Source: Macrostomum lignano
Taxonomy: Eukaryota
Length of the DNA: 64,000 nt
Assembly: GCA_002269645.1 (NCBI GenBank)
Contig: NIVC01000142.1
Location: 1-64,000, forward strand
Direction of reading: 5' to 3'
This document shows, piece after piece, positions 32,810-45,600 of the stretch. Numbering within the stretch: the first letter of the stretch is position 1; each line of letters begins with the position of its first letter. Position numbers and translations under genes: made by a program. A model generated the notes under the pieces. It saw nothing but the letters and a program-made list of their open reading frames with translations, was not told the origin of the DNA and ran no database searches.

Positions 32810-33115
32810 GGTTTTGTAGCCTGTGGTCAGAGCGTCGGACTCACGACTTGAAGGTCGGGGGTTCGATTCTTGACTCACTCGGAACAATTTGTGTCCTTGA
32901 GCAAGACACTTTAACTCTGCATTGCTTCAGTTCACCCAGCTGTAAAATGGGTGCCAGCATTAGCTGGGGTAATTGAGGGTGTGTGGCGACCCCCCCAGTC
33001 CTTGGACTGAACAGCCGTACGCAGCCTTCAGATGCGCCGCGCAATAGCTGCGGCTGAGCTGTCGGTTGCACATCTGCCCATTAGGACAGGTGTAATCAAT
33101 AATAATTATTATTAT
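32810..33115 (+). mobile_element. Full-length tRNA-derived CORE-type SINE with 13-bp TSD
   Basis: Pol III box A-like tagcctgtggtcagagcg and box B ggttcgattc; CORE-like gtgtccttgagcaagacactttaactct...ctgtaaaatggg; (TTA)n-like tail; TSD tctgttgtaagga at 32797-32809 and 33116-33128. Confidence 0.9.
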
Positions 33116-35149
33116 TCTGTTGTAAGGACAACTTAAGAGGAATTAGACGCAACACTCGCCAACAAGCGTGTTAAAAGTTTTGAAAAAAGGTAAAAATAGC
33201 TATATAGCTCCTAGATGGTTTGGTGTAGAAGATCTTCCGATGGCTTTTCCAGAATTCATATAGTTGTCTTTAAAATAAAATAAGTCACAACTTTGTATCC
33301 GTCCTAGCTCTCGATATTTGCAATTTCGATATCTTCTATTTCTTTCGAATTTACTTTTGCTGCATAATCCCTTACTGGAATCTCACCACCCCTTACTCGA
33401 ATCTCACCACTTTCACTATAATACTGGAACCTTAGAATCGTGGAACTTTATAAAGTTAAACAGAAGCTAACTTGAAGTTAGTCAAGTATAATAGAGACTT
33501 TCCGCATTTCAAATGTACCAAAAATTGATACATGCCATATAGAACATCCAGACCGAATTTATATATTCTCTCTACTGCGTAGATGGCTTGAACCCTGGGA
33601 CCTTTAGCTTGTACATGCATAGCACTTATAGCTGCCTTTCAACTGCAATAGATAGATAGACACAGAAAAACCATTTTTAGTATAATTGAATTCAAGATAC
33701 CGGCCACTTGCTTCTCTGGAGTTGAAATTATTATATACTTTTTACGATCTAATTTTCCCGAACTGCATTTCAATTTTCCCAAAACTGACATTAATTATAG
33801 TTTGCTCAGAAAATATTTTTTATTTTTAATCGATTCAGGAATGAATGAACTGAACAATAATAGTGACAAATGACACAGCATATGTACACACAGCCACTGA
33901 AATGAAGAGTGAGAGGTCAGTTGGTTGTCACTCCGTCAAAGATGTTGACCCGCCCAAGGCACCTCTTGATTTACGTTTCAATATGATTCCCCCACTGAAT
34001 TAATGCACTTCTGCTGGGTGATGACATTAATCAAGGCTAGTTTCTGTCAGTGGCTTCACGTTGGATGGCTGGATCTTCGATCTTCGAGCCGATCCTTCGT
34101 TTTGCTCATGTATTATTTTCTTCTAGAAAAACGTCAATAGCTGTCATTCTAGTTAATGAGATTACTCATTTTAGCACAGTGAATTTGGTCAATTGCGTAC
34201 CCTGGTATACCGCTGCTCCACCTTCTCCTGCGTGTTGATGCTTCCGCTTTGTTTGTACGCACTTGGACACTTTGTTAAGCCAGGACAAGCTGAAGCGGCA
34301 CGAGAATTGTCTCCAGCTGTGCAACTCTTTCTGATCTCTCCCTGAGACGCCTGTGCCAACCCTTAAATGTATAACTTCCTTGTTTATTCGAACACACTTG
34401 CCAAGGCGCTGATTTCGCTTCTCGCTTCTGCTTCAGCTAGCCCATAGCCCATGTTCATCTGGTACCGAAGCGCCAATAAGCATTCTGCAGAGTTTGCGTG
34501 TGCCTCAGTCAGTCTGGTATGAGACCTAAAGACTCTACTGCTGCACTCTTCTAATAATATTTTTCTAGACATCCCTGCAGCCTTGAGGTAGGAAAGACAG
34601 AGCGCATCGCCTGCCATGCAGTGGCTTCGAAGTCCCATTAGGCAGGCTGGTTGAGCTCAAAATCGCCTGGAAATTTCTTCTGATGCATTAAAAACGGCGG
34701 TATAATTGGGTACCAGTCACAGGGGTGTCGGAACCGGGGGGGGGGGGCACTGGGGGAGGGCTGAAGCCCCCCCCCACTTTTTAGCATGATCCAGCAAGTG
34801 CCCTTTTTGAATTTTAAACAGGTGTCGACTGGTTTTGGGCTCTGGCTTTTCTGAGTCTTGGAAGCTAGTGGGGTATCAGCTGATACAATACTCGTAGTTC
34901 ATGTTGTTCTCAATCTCCATTCCACTACAGTTTTTATCTAATGTGCATAAGCCTAATGCTTTTAGTGAATTGGTCAGCAAACTTTTCACCTTAAGGGCCA
35001 GATTGAGAACCTAGCGTGGCGCAATGACTGCCCTTCTGGGTTTGCTTCGCTGGGCCCCCGTAAGCAAAACGCGCCCAGGAGTCCTTGACTGCAGGCAAGA
35101 GAAGGGAGAGAGGATAGGGAATAGAGCAGAGAATTATATGAGCGTAGGA

Positions 35150-35465
35150 GAAAGGAGAGGCGAGGAGAGGAGAAGGAAAGGAAAGACAAGATAAGAGGAG
35201 AGAGGAGAGGAGAGAAAAGAGGAGAGGAGAGGAGAGGAGAGGAGAGGAGAGAAAAGAGGAGAGGAGAGGAGAGGAGAGGAGAGGAGAGGAGAGGAGAGGA
35301 GAGGAGAGGTGAGGAGATGAGAGGAAAGAGAGGAGAGGGGACGAGAGGAGAGGAGAGGAGAAGGAGAAGGAAAAGAAAGATAAGATGAGAGGAGAGAGGA
35401 GAGGAGAGAAGAGAGGAGAGGAGAGGAGAGGAGAGGAGAGGAGAGGAGAGGAGAGAGGAGAGGTG
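35150..35465. repeat. Polypurine (GAGAG/GGAGA)n tract
   Basis: Direct reading. Confidence 0.95.
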
Positions 35466-38400
35466 AAGGAATAAAGGAGAAGAGAGTAGACGAGAAGACA
35501 AACAAAGAGTTCCTAGAGTCTTTGAAGAGAAACAAAGACTCTAGGAACCAAGAGGCCCAGAAGGAAACTATAGTTCCGTGAGCCATAGGGCCCGTAGAAA
35601 ATTGTAGGGCACTCGCGACAAGAGGCCTGTCTCGGTCCCGCGCTAAGTTTCACAGTCGTGATATATTACTCGTCGGCAGTAGCGTGGTTCGCATCAATTT
35701 ATTATTCAGACTGTCAACTTTAATAAATATCGACCTTCTACATTTATTCGTAGAACCGGCATTGGGATTAGCGTGAAGTATTTTGCTAGCGACTTAGAGG
35801 GCCGTTACGTTTGGTGTCTTAGCGGTGGAATTTTAGTAGTCAACACCGGAGTTTTTAATTAACCATCAGCCCGTTACATAACTATATGGCGGCATCTAAA
35901 CGTGGTGGAAACTTTTCGTCGGATTGAATTTCGCCGAAATGACTTTTTGCCGAAATGATCGTAACCCGTATAATCGACTGTTGACTTTCCAGACATCAAG
36001 GCGAACGTATAAAATGGCACTTGTTTCACTCATTTTTCTCCTCATTGGCGAAGGTAGCAATGAATTGAATACAGCTGATTGAAGGGTTATTGGCCTACAT
36101 CAAGGTGCTACTAACCAGATTCGCCGAGTCGAAAGCAGCTGTACCATAGAATAGTTGATTTTGTTTGTAGTTTGCATCTAGATCAATAGATGCGATCTTG
36201 CCTGTTCTGACGTTCACATGGATTTCGTAAAGAATGAATTGGCATGTGATCTGCTGAAAATTTGAACGGTTAAAAGTTGAAAGGTTTTGGTCGCTCGGCT
36301 CTCGTGTCCGGTTGGCAACTTGTACTACTACTTACTGATTCCTGGAACTTCTGGTCCTGCTCGAACTTCGATGAACTCGAATCTTCGAATTTTTTCCTCT
36401 GCAATTTCAGCTGCCGCGAGCGAAAGTAGTGCCACAACGCCAGCTCTTTTACTTCAGAAATATTTATTCTCCTCCTAATTGATTCAACTGGAGATGATTC
36501 ACATATCTGTGTCACTTTGCTTTTCCTTTGAGAAAATTTCTTGCACATCCAGAAAACTCCGGAAAACACGCGTGAATACGAATAGAACTTTCTAGAAATA
36601 TACGTAAACAAAGCTTCCTGGTCACGCTGGAAGTTTCTAGAAAGTCTGTCTCAATATGACATAATTATTTTTGTAGAAAATAATAACTTTTAAGTAATTT
36701 TTAAGCCTAATAAGTGACAAAATAGATAATAGGGAGCAAGTAGCAAATGTAACACGTTATCGAGTGTCAGGTCGATCTGAAAGTTTCTGTCACTTTCTGA
36801 TCGTTCTGAAAGTTCAGGAGTCATATCATTTCATTTTCAGTTTTAAGGTTCAGTTTAACTCAAGCAGTTCCGCTTAGGTCAGTTTAAAGGGAGAGGCCAT
36901 TTCGGTAACAACCAGAAGAACATATTCCAAAAGCATTATATGACTATGGGAATGGGCATGGGCATGGCTTGGGTGAAATTTTAAACATCTCATTTTTCTA
37001 AATGTTAGTAAAATAGAAGAAAGGTCTCGGAAACCTAATCATCAATTTCTAATTTCTGTTCTTTTCATGTTATAAGTTTTTTATTTTAAATTAAAGAAAG
37101 AAATTAAAGAATTGGTAGTTTTCCTTTTGTTAAATTATTTTATATATTTGCATAGCCATAAATAGGCATTGACCTATATGCTATATTGGCTCTTATTCCC
37201 ATGCCATGTAGCCATTAGGCCTAATTAAAATAATTGAAAAATATACCTTTATAGTATAATTTTTCTATATTATTTTAAGGCTTTAAGTGAGTTTGTCTTA
37301 TATAGTTATATTAAACAAAGTCGAAGAGCCTAATATAAAAGTTATTGATTTCAATTCTATTTTTATTTTGTTTTTTTTTAATTTAATAAGACAGCCCTAG
37401 ATTTTAAATTCTAATCTATATATATTTAAAATCCTAGTCTATATAATAAGATTTTAAAATAATAAAATAGATATTAGGGGTACCAGTTGTTTCAATAAGT
37501 TGGTAACAAGTTGTTTCGGTGACAGTTGTTTTGGTGACAAGTAATCAATTGCTTTTGTGATAGACACACTATTTTTGATGAAAGATTAAAGATTCCATAA
37601 TTATAGTTATTTTAGTAATGACAGGTGTTTCATAATATTAGCTTGTTATAGTTGTTTTGTTAAGATTTATATTTCATATATATATTTAAAAAGTTCCATC
37701 AAAAGATTAATATATTTAAGAAAAATAAAAAAGAAAAGAAATCCAACTAATTATATTGTTTTCATTGTGTAGATATTGTTTTGATTTGTCCTAGAATATT
37801 TAATCATATAAACTATAAACCTATAAAGAATCCTCATGAAATGCCAACCACAAAAAGCAGAGATAGGCCTATTCACTAGACACTATGGTTGGCTAGATTC
37901 ATTTAGATTGGAAAATATAAATTCAAAAAATTGCAACTCTGTAATTGTAAATAAACAAAATTAAATAAAGCAATACTTAACTGGTTCAGAAATTTATAAA
38001 AGTTTTGGTCAATATCCCTTAAGATTTGCAAGGTAATTTTTGTTTAAAAACAGAATGACTAGGGGGGATTGGTTAGACAAAAGGTTTAGAAAAAGTGTTA
38101 GAGAGAAACAATTATTTAGCTAACATTGTTAAATATTAGAAAGAAGTTAAAGGGATTCATTTATTAATAGACCCTAACAAAAAACAAACTTATATTATAT
38201 TCACTTAATGACATATATGCAAAATACCTAGTTACAAGTTTAGATAACTTGCATAATCTAACTTTTCTCAAATAAACAAAAAGATAGATCTAACCTCTTT
38301 CTCTTTATTTTGACTGATTTTGTAATCCAATAGTCTCCACCTCTTATAAAATATTAAAGTAGCAAATACTTAAATGGATTAAAAAATTATAACAATTTTA

Positions 38401-38628
38401 GCATTCTATTTGGAGAAAAATAAATCAACAGTTGCTAAAAAAGTGGGGGTGGGCATGGCTCCCTTGCCCCCCCCCATTCTGATGCTTATGTTACTAGATA
38501 TGGGAAATGTGTGTTCCTGTAACCAAGCTATGGTAGAACTCTTCATGTGAATTCCAAGAAAAGTTAATTTAATCCATCTGATCAATGCATGTTCCACAGT
38601 ACACAGTAAATTCCAATCAATCTATAGC

Positions 38629-39226
38629 ATGGGTGAGTTCATTGGAGCCCAGCTGCAGTTAGACTGTGGCCCACTACTAGGCACATTTGTTGGCACAGTT
38701 GTTGACGTTAGCAACGAGAAGGTGACACTGCGCGATGCCAGCCGCAATGGACTGCCCAGCGATACCAGTGAGGTGACACTGCACAGGTCATCGATCGTTA
38801 GCATTGTCATGCTGCAGTCCAAGGATGCTCTGGCTGCTGCCGCTACCACTTCTGCTTCGACAGAAACCGCAAAGCAACAACCAAAAAAGCAGCAGCTGAC
38901 AGCAACCTCAGCTTCAGCCACTTCGGCTGCTGCTATTGCAAAGCAGCAGCGCACAGCCGAGAAGCTGATGAGCATACCAAATGCAACACCTGCTTATATT
39001 TGCTCCAGCCCGCCTGTTAAGGCCCCGTCGCACTTCTCTGGTAGCAACAAGAAGAAGCAACAGCAGCCTAAGGATTCACCGATGCAGCAGCAGCAGCAAC
39101 GAGGCGTTACTCCAACTAGAAAGACGCCGATTGGAGAGCAGCAATGTCGACAAGTGCGTAGCTTACAGTATATCTATTCAGCTATGATTACCCGCTGTTA
39201 GGAGATAGATAGATAGATAGATAGAG

Positions 39227-39268
<42 letters not shown>

Positions 39269-39269
39269 G

Positions 39270-39342
<73 letters not shown>

Positions 39343-39347
39343 TTCGA

Positions 39348-39378
<31 letters not shown>

Positions 39379-39383
39379 TTCGA

Positions 39384-39420
<37 letters not shown>

Positions 39421-39421
39421 G

Positions 39422-39454
<33 letters not shown>

Positions 39455-39459
39455 TTCGA

Positions 39460-39506
<47 letters not shown>

Positions 39507-39511
39507 TTCGA

Positions 39512-39590
<79 letters not shown>

Positions 39591-39595
39591 TTCGA

Positions 39596-39646
<51 letters not shown>

Positions 39647-39651
39647 TTCGA

Positions 39652-39738
<87 letters not shown>

Positions 39739-39743
39739 TTCGA

Positions 39744-39782
<39 letters not shown>

Positions 39783-42634
39783 TTCGAATAGATAGATTGA
39801 TTGATTGACAGATCGAGCTATTTAGTTCTTTAGATTGGCAATCGATTATAGCTGTTATTTATGCACTGCTAATGTCCTTTCCCCCTGTTTCCATAGCAAC
39901 AAGACACTAGCGCCAGCGTCCCCGGCAACAATGGCGGCAGCGCTTTCGTCCCCTACCGCGGCAGCAAACTGCCGCAGCAGAATGCATCAGCCCAAAAGCA
40001 GCAGCCAAGGCACAACGCCTTCAGCATGTCAGCCGGTGACATGATGGATGATTTCGATTTCGAAGGCAACCTGGCGCTGTTCGACAAGCAGGCCTTCTAC
40101 GCCATGGTGGACAGCGGCCAGACTCCCGAGCCGGACCTGGTGCGCACCGCCCAGCCACCCCAGCCGGAGCCGAAGCTGCGGCCAGACCAGAGCGTCCTGC
40201 TGCCCGGCGGTGCCGCTCCCGCCGCGCCATCTATCCAGGTAACTCCCCCCTAATAAATCTCCCCGAGAATCTCCCCCCTAATAAATCTCCCCGAGAATCT
40301 CCCCCCTAATAAATCTCCCTGAGAATCTCCCCCTAATAAATCTCCCTGAGAATCCCCTCTAATAAATCTCCCTGAGAATCTCCCCCCTAATAAATCTCCC
40401 CGAGAATCTCCCCCCTAATAAATCTCCCCGAGAATCTCCCCCCTAATAAATCTCCCTGAGAATCTCCCCCTAATAAATCTTCCTGAGAATCGCCCCCTAA
40501 TAAATCTCCCTGAGAATCTCCCCCCTAATAAATCTCCCTGAGAATCTCCCCCCTAATAAATCTCCCGAGAATCTCCCCCTAATAAATCTCCCCGAGAATC
40601 TCCCCCCTAATAAATCTCCCTGAGAATCTCCCCCTAATAAATCTCCCTGAGAATCCCCTCTAATAAATCTCCCTGAGAATCTCCCCCCTAATAAATCTCC
40701 CCGAGAATCTCCCCCTAATAAATCTCCTTGAAAATCGCCCCCTAATAAATCTCCCTGAGAATCGCCCCCTAATAAATCTTCCTGAGAATCGCCCCCTAAT
40801 AAATCTCCCTGAGAATCTCCCCCCTAATAAATCTCCCCGAGAATCTCCCCCCTAATAAATCTCCCTGAGAATCTCCCCCCTAATACATCTCCCCGAGAAT
40901 CTCCCCCTAATAAATCTCCCTGAGAATCTTCCCTAATAAATCTCCCTGAGAATCCCCTCTAATAAATCTCCCTGAGAATCTCCCCCCTAATAAATCTCCC
41001 TGAGAATCGCCCCCTAATAAATCTCCCTGAGAATCTCCCCATAATAAATCTCCCTGAGAATCGCCCCATAATAAATCTCCCTGAGAATCCCCCTTAATAA
41101 ATCTCCCTGAGAATCTCCCCCCTAATAAATCTCCCTGAGAATCGCCCCCTAATAAATCTCCCTGAGAATCTCCCCCTAATAAATCTCCCTGAGAATCGCC
41201 CCCTAATAAATCTCCCGGAAAATGGCCCCCTAATAAATCTTCCTGAGAATCGCCCCCTAATAAATCTCCCTGAGAATCGCCCCATAATAAATCTCCCTGA
41301 GAATCCCCCTTAATAAATCCCCCTGAGAATCGCCCCCTAATAAATCTCCCTGAGAATCGCCCCCTAATAAATCTCCCTGAGAATCGCCCCCTAATGAATC
41401 TCCCTGAGAATCGCCCTCTAATAAATCTCCCTGAGAATCGCCCCCTACTAAATCTCCCTGAGATCGCCCTCTAATAAATCTCCCTGAGAATCGCCCCCTA
41501 CTAAATCTCCCTGAGAATCGCCCCATACTAAATCTCCCTGAGATCGCCTTCTAATAAATCTCCCTTAGAATCGCCCCCTACTAAATCTCTCTGAGAATCG
41601 CCCCTAATAAATCTCACTGAGAATCGCCCCAAACCGCGTTCCGTCTCCTCAGGTGCCATGCAAAGTGGACTGCCAGTTTGCCACAGACGTGGGTCTCCCC
41701 GTGCCGTCTGTGACCGAGGAGCTCCGGGTGGCTGTCCTGTCTGCCGCTGATAAAGCCGGCTTAACGGCCGCCCGCTTAGCCGAAGCTTTTGGCCGCAGCG
41801 CGTCCGAGTTTCTGGTGAGCTGAATTGCAGTTCTTTTATGAGCTATGACTCAAATTGCAGTTCTTTTATGAGCTATGACTCAAATTGCAGTGCTTTTATG
41901 GGCTATGACTCAAATTGCAGTGCTTTTATGGGCTATGACTCAAATTGCTGTGCTTTTATGGGCTATGACTCAAATTCCAACTAGTTTATAACATTTAGAC
42001 TCTTTGAGCATTGATATTAAGGCTCTGTGTATCTGACCTCAGTTGACCTTGACTTCCAACCTGGCACCCAATCCAGGTGCAGCAGATGGGCGGGGCCAGC
42101 CGGCTGCAGCCGGGCAATCAGCACCAGCTGCCGCAGGTGGCCGTGCTAGTGGGGCCAGGCAGGCGCGGCCTAATGGGATTATCAATGGCTCGTCACCTGG
42201 CTAATAAAGAGGTTCGAGTGCACGTGTACTGCAGCGAACGCGAACTGGCGGCCTCAAGTGAGCTGGCCCAGGAAGTACAGCTGTTCCGCACCACCGGCTG
42301 TCCAGTGGTGCACAGCTGCCGCGACCTGCCCTGGCTGCTAGACTACATAGTTCTGGCCACTAGCGAGCCGGACAGCCCGGAGCACACCCTGGCCCTGTGG
42401 TGCCGCTCCAACAGGGCTCCGGTTGTTGGCGTGTGTCCTCAGCAACGAAACCCGGCTAGGTTGGAGTGCAAAATTAATCTGCAATACTGCCTACCGGTGC
42501 CCGTTGACGCTGGCTATGGCTCCACCTATCTGGTGGATGCTGGCATTACTAAACACGTCTATAGGCAGGTGGGCATCTTGTACGCCAGCCCCTTTGGCCA
42601 CCGGTCTGTGGTGCAGCTGCATGCGGCTAGTTGA
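38629..42634 (+). CDS. EDC3: Enhancer of mRNA-decapping protein 3 (Lsm, FDF and YjeF_N domains), 4 exons, about 528 aa
   Basis: Exons 38629..39153, 39897..40238, 41653..41814, 42077..42634, all phase 0 with GT-AG. N-terminal Lsm (FIGAQLQLDCGPLLGTFVGTV), FDF motif DDFDFEGNLALFDK, FATDVGLPVPSV...GLT, and YjeF_N GGASRLQPGNQHQLPQVAVLVGP...ARHLAN. Confidence 0.95.
39205..39800. repeat. (GATA)n microsatellite with periodic tattcgaa interruptions, EDC3 intron 1
   Basis: Direct reading. Confidence 0.97.
40244..41630. repeat. About 27-29-bp minisatellite (ccctaataaatctccctgagaatctccc)n, EDC3 intron 2
   Basis: Fills nearly the whole intron, starting 5 nt after the donor. Confidence 0.97.
41823..41978. 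repeat. 30-bp minisatellite (aattgcagttcttttatgagctatgactca)n, EDC3 intron 3
   Basis: About 5 copies. Confidence 0.93.
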
Positions 42635-42654
42635 CTGGCTAACAAGAGCTTAAG

Positions 42655-42660
42655 AATAAA
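42655..42660 (+). terminator. Candidate poly(A) signal of EDC3
   Basis: AATAAA about 20 nt after the EDC3 stop codon, just before the large array. Confidence 0.6.
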
Positions 42661-42679
42661 TAGCTCGTATATATAATCG

Positions 42680-45600
42680 CTACACTAAGAACCCTAATCA
42701 CTGAACTAAGAACCCTAATCGCTACACTAAGAATCCTAATCGCTAAACTAAGAATCCTAATCGCTGAACTAAGAATCCAAATCGCTAAACTAAGAATCCA
42801 AATCTCAAACTTAAGAATCCTAATCTCTAAACTAAGAATCCTAATCTCTAAACTAAGAATCCTAATCTCTAAACTAAGAATCCTAATCTCTAAACTAAGA
42901 ATCCGAATCGCTAAACTAAGAATCCAAATCTCAAACTTAAGAATCCTAATCTCTAAACTAAGAATCCTAATCTCTAAACTAAGAATCCTAATCTCTAAAC
43001 TAAGAATCCTAATGCTGAACTAAGAATCCAAATCTCAAACTTAAGAATCCTAATCTCTAAACTATGAATCCTAATCTCTAAACTAAGAATCCAAATCGCT
43101 AAACTAATAATCCTAATCTCTAAACTAAGAATCCTAATCTCTAAACTAAGAATCCTAATCTCTAAACTAAGAATCCTAATCGCTAAACTAAGAATCCAAA
43201 TTTCAAACTTAAGAATCCTAATCTCTAAACTAAGAATCCTAATCTCTAAACTAAGAATCCTAATCTCTAAACTAAGAATCCTAATCTCTAAACTAAGAAT
43301 CCTAATCGCTAAACTAAGAATCCAAATTTCAAACTTAAGAATCCTCATCTCTAAACTAAGAATCCTAATCTCTAAACTAAGAATCCTAATCTCTAAACTA
43401 AGAATCCTAATCTCTAAACTAAGAATCCAAATCGCTAAACTAATAATCCTAATCTCTAAACTAAGAATCCTAATCTCTAAACTAAGAATCCTAATCTCTG
43501 AACTAAGAATCCAAATCTCAAACTTAAGAATCCTAATCTCTAAACTATGAATCCTAATCTCTAAACTAAGAATCCTAATCTCTAAACTAAGAATCCTAAT
43601 CGCTGAACTAAGAATCCTAATCTCTAAACTAAGAATCCTAATCTCTAAACTAAGAATCCTAATGCTGAACTAAGAATCCAAATCTCAAACTTAAGAATCC
43701 TAATCTCTAAACTATGAATCCTAATCTCTAAACTAAGAATCCTAATCGCTAAACTAAGAATCCAAATTTCAAACTTAAGAATCCTAATCTCTAAACTAAG
43801 AATCCTAATATCTAAACTAAGAATCCAAATTTCAAACTTAAGAATCCTAATCTCTAAACTAAGAATCCTAATATCTAAACTAAGAATCCTAATCTCTAAA
43901 CTAAGAATCCTAATATCTAAACTAAGAATCCAAATTTCAAACTTAAGAATCCTCATCTCTAAACTAAGAATCCTAATATCTAAACTAAGAATCCTAATCT
44001 CTAAACTAAGAATCCAAATCTCAAACTTAAGAATCCTAATCTCTAAACTAAGAATCCAAATCTCTAAACTAAGAATCCAAATCTCTAAACTAAGAATCCA
44101 AATCTCTAAACTAAGAATCCTAATCTCTAAACTAAGAATCCTAATCGCTAAACTAAGAATCCAAATTTCAAACTTAAGAATCCTAATCTCTAAACTAAGA
44201 ATCCTAATCTCTAAACTAAGAATCCTAATCTCTAAACTAAGAATCCTAATCTCTAAACTAAGAATCCTAATCGCTAAACTAAGAATCCAAATTTCAAACT
44301 TAAGAATCCAAATCTCTAAACTAAGAATCCAAATCTCTAAACTAAGAATCCTAATCTCTAAACTAAGAATCCTAATCTCTAAACTATGAATCCAAATCTC
44401 TAAACTAAGAATCCAAATCTCTAAACTAAGAATCCTAATCTCTAAACTAAGAATCCTAATCTCTAAACTAAGAATCCTAATCTCTAAACTAAGAATCCTA
44501 ATCTCTAAACTATGAATCCAAATCTCTAAACTAAGAATCCTAATCTCTAAACTAAGAATCCTAATCTCTAAACTATGAATCCTAATCTCTAAACTAAGAA
44601 TCCTAATCTCTAAACTAAGAATCCTAATCGCTGAACTAAGAATCCTAATCTCTAAACTAAGAATCCTAATCTCTAAACTATGAATCCTAATCTCTAAACT
44701 AAGAATCCTAATCTCTAAACTATGAATCCAAATCGCTAAACTAAGAATCCAAATCTCAAACTTAAGAATCCTAATCTCTAAACTAAGAATCCTAATCGCT
44801 AAACTAAGAATCAAAATCTCTAAACTAAGAATCCAAATCGCTAAACTAAGAATCCAAATCTCAAACTTAAGAATCCTAATCTCTAAACTAAGAATCCTAA
44901 TCGCTAAACTAAGAATCAAAATCTCTAAACTAAGAATCCTAATCTCTAAACTAAGAATCCTAATCTCTAAACTAAGAATCCTAATCTCTAAACTAAGAAT
45001 CCTAATCGTTAAACTAAGAATCCAAATTTCAAACTTAAGAATCCTAATCTCTAAACTAAGAATCCTAATCTCTAAACTAAGAATCCTAATCTCTAAACTA
45101 AGAATCCTAATCGCTGAACTAAGAATCCAAATCTCAAACTTAAGAATCCTAATCTCTAAACTATGAATCCTAATATCTAAACTAAGAATCCTAATCTCTA
45201 AACTATGAATCCTAATCGCTGAACTAAGAATCCTAATCTCTAAACTAAGAATCCTAATCTCTAAACTAAGAATCCTAATGCTGAACTAAGAATCCAAATC
45301 TCAAACTTAAGAATCCTAATCTCTAAACTATGAATCCTAATCTCTAAACTAAGAATCCTAATCGCTAAACTAAGAATCCAAATTTCAAACTTAAGAATCC
45401 TAATCTCTAAACTAAGAATCCTAATATCTAAACTAAGAATCCAAATTTCAAACTTAAGAATCCTAATCTCTAAACTAAGAATCCTAATATCTAAACTAGG
45501 AATCCTAATCTCTAAACTAAGAATCCTAATATCTAAACTAAGAATCCAAATTTCAAACTTAAGAATCCTCATCTCTAAACTAAGAATCCTAATATCTAAA

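Noticed and set aside
32810-32880. tRNA gene
   Set aside because: Box A and box B are present but there is no complete cloverleaf; it is the head of a TSD-flanked SINE.
34720-38480. caggggtgtcggaac-G-run at about 34720 and a degenerate C-run-attctgatgc at about 38465 as the two ends of one 3.7-kb hAT element
   Set aside because: The TIR match is poor and there is no TSD; more likely independent MITE fragments.
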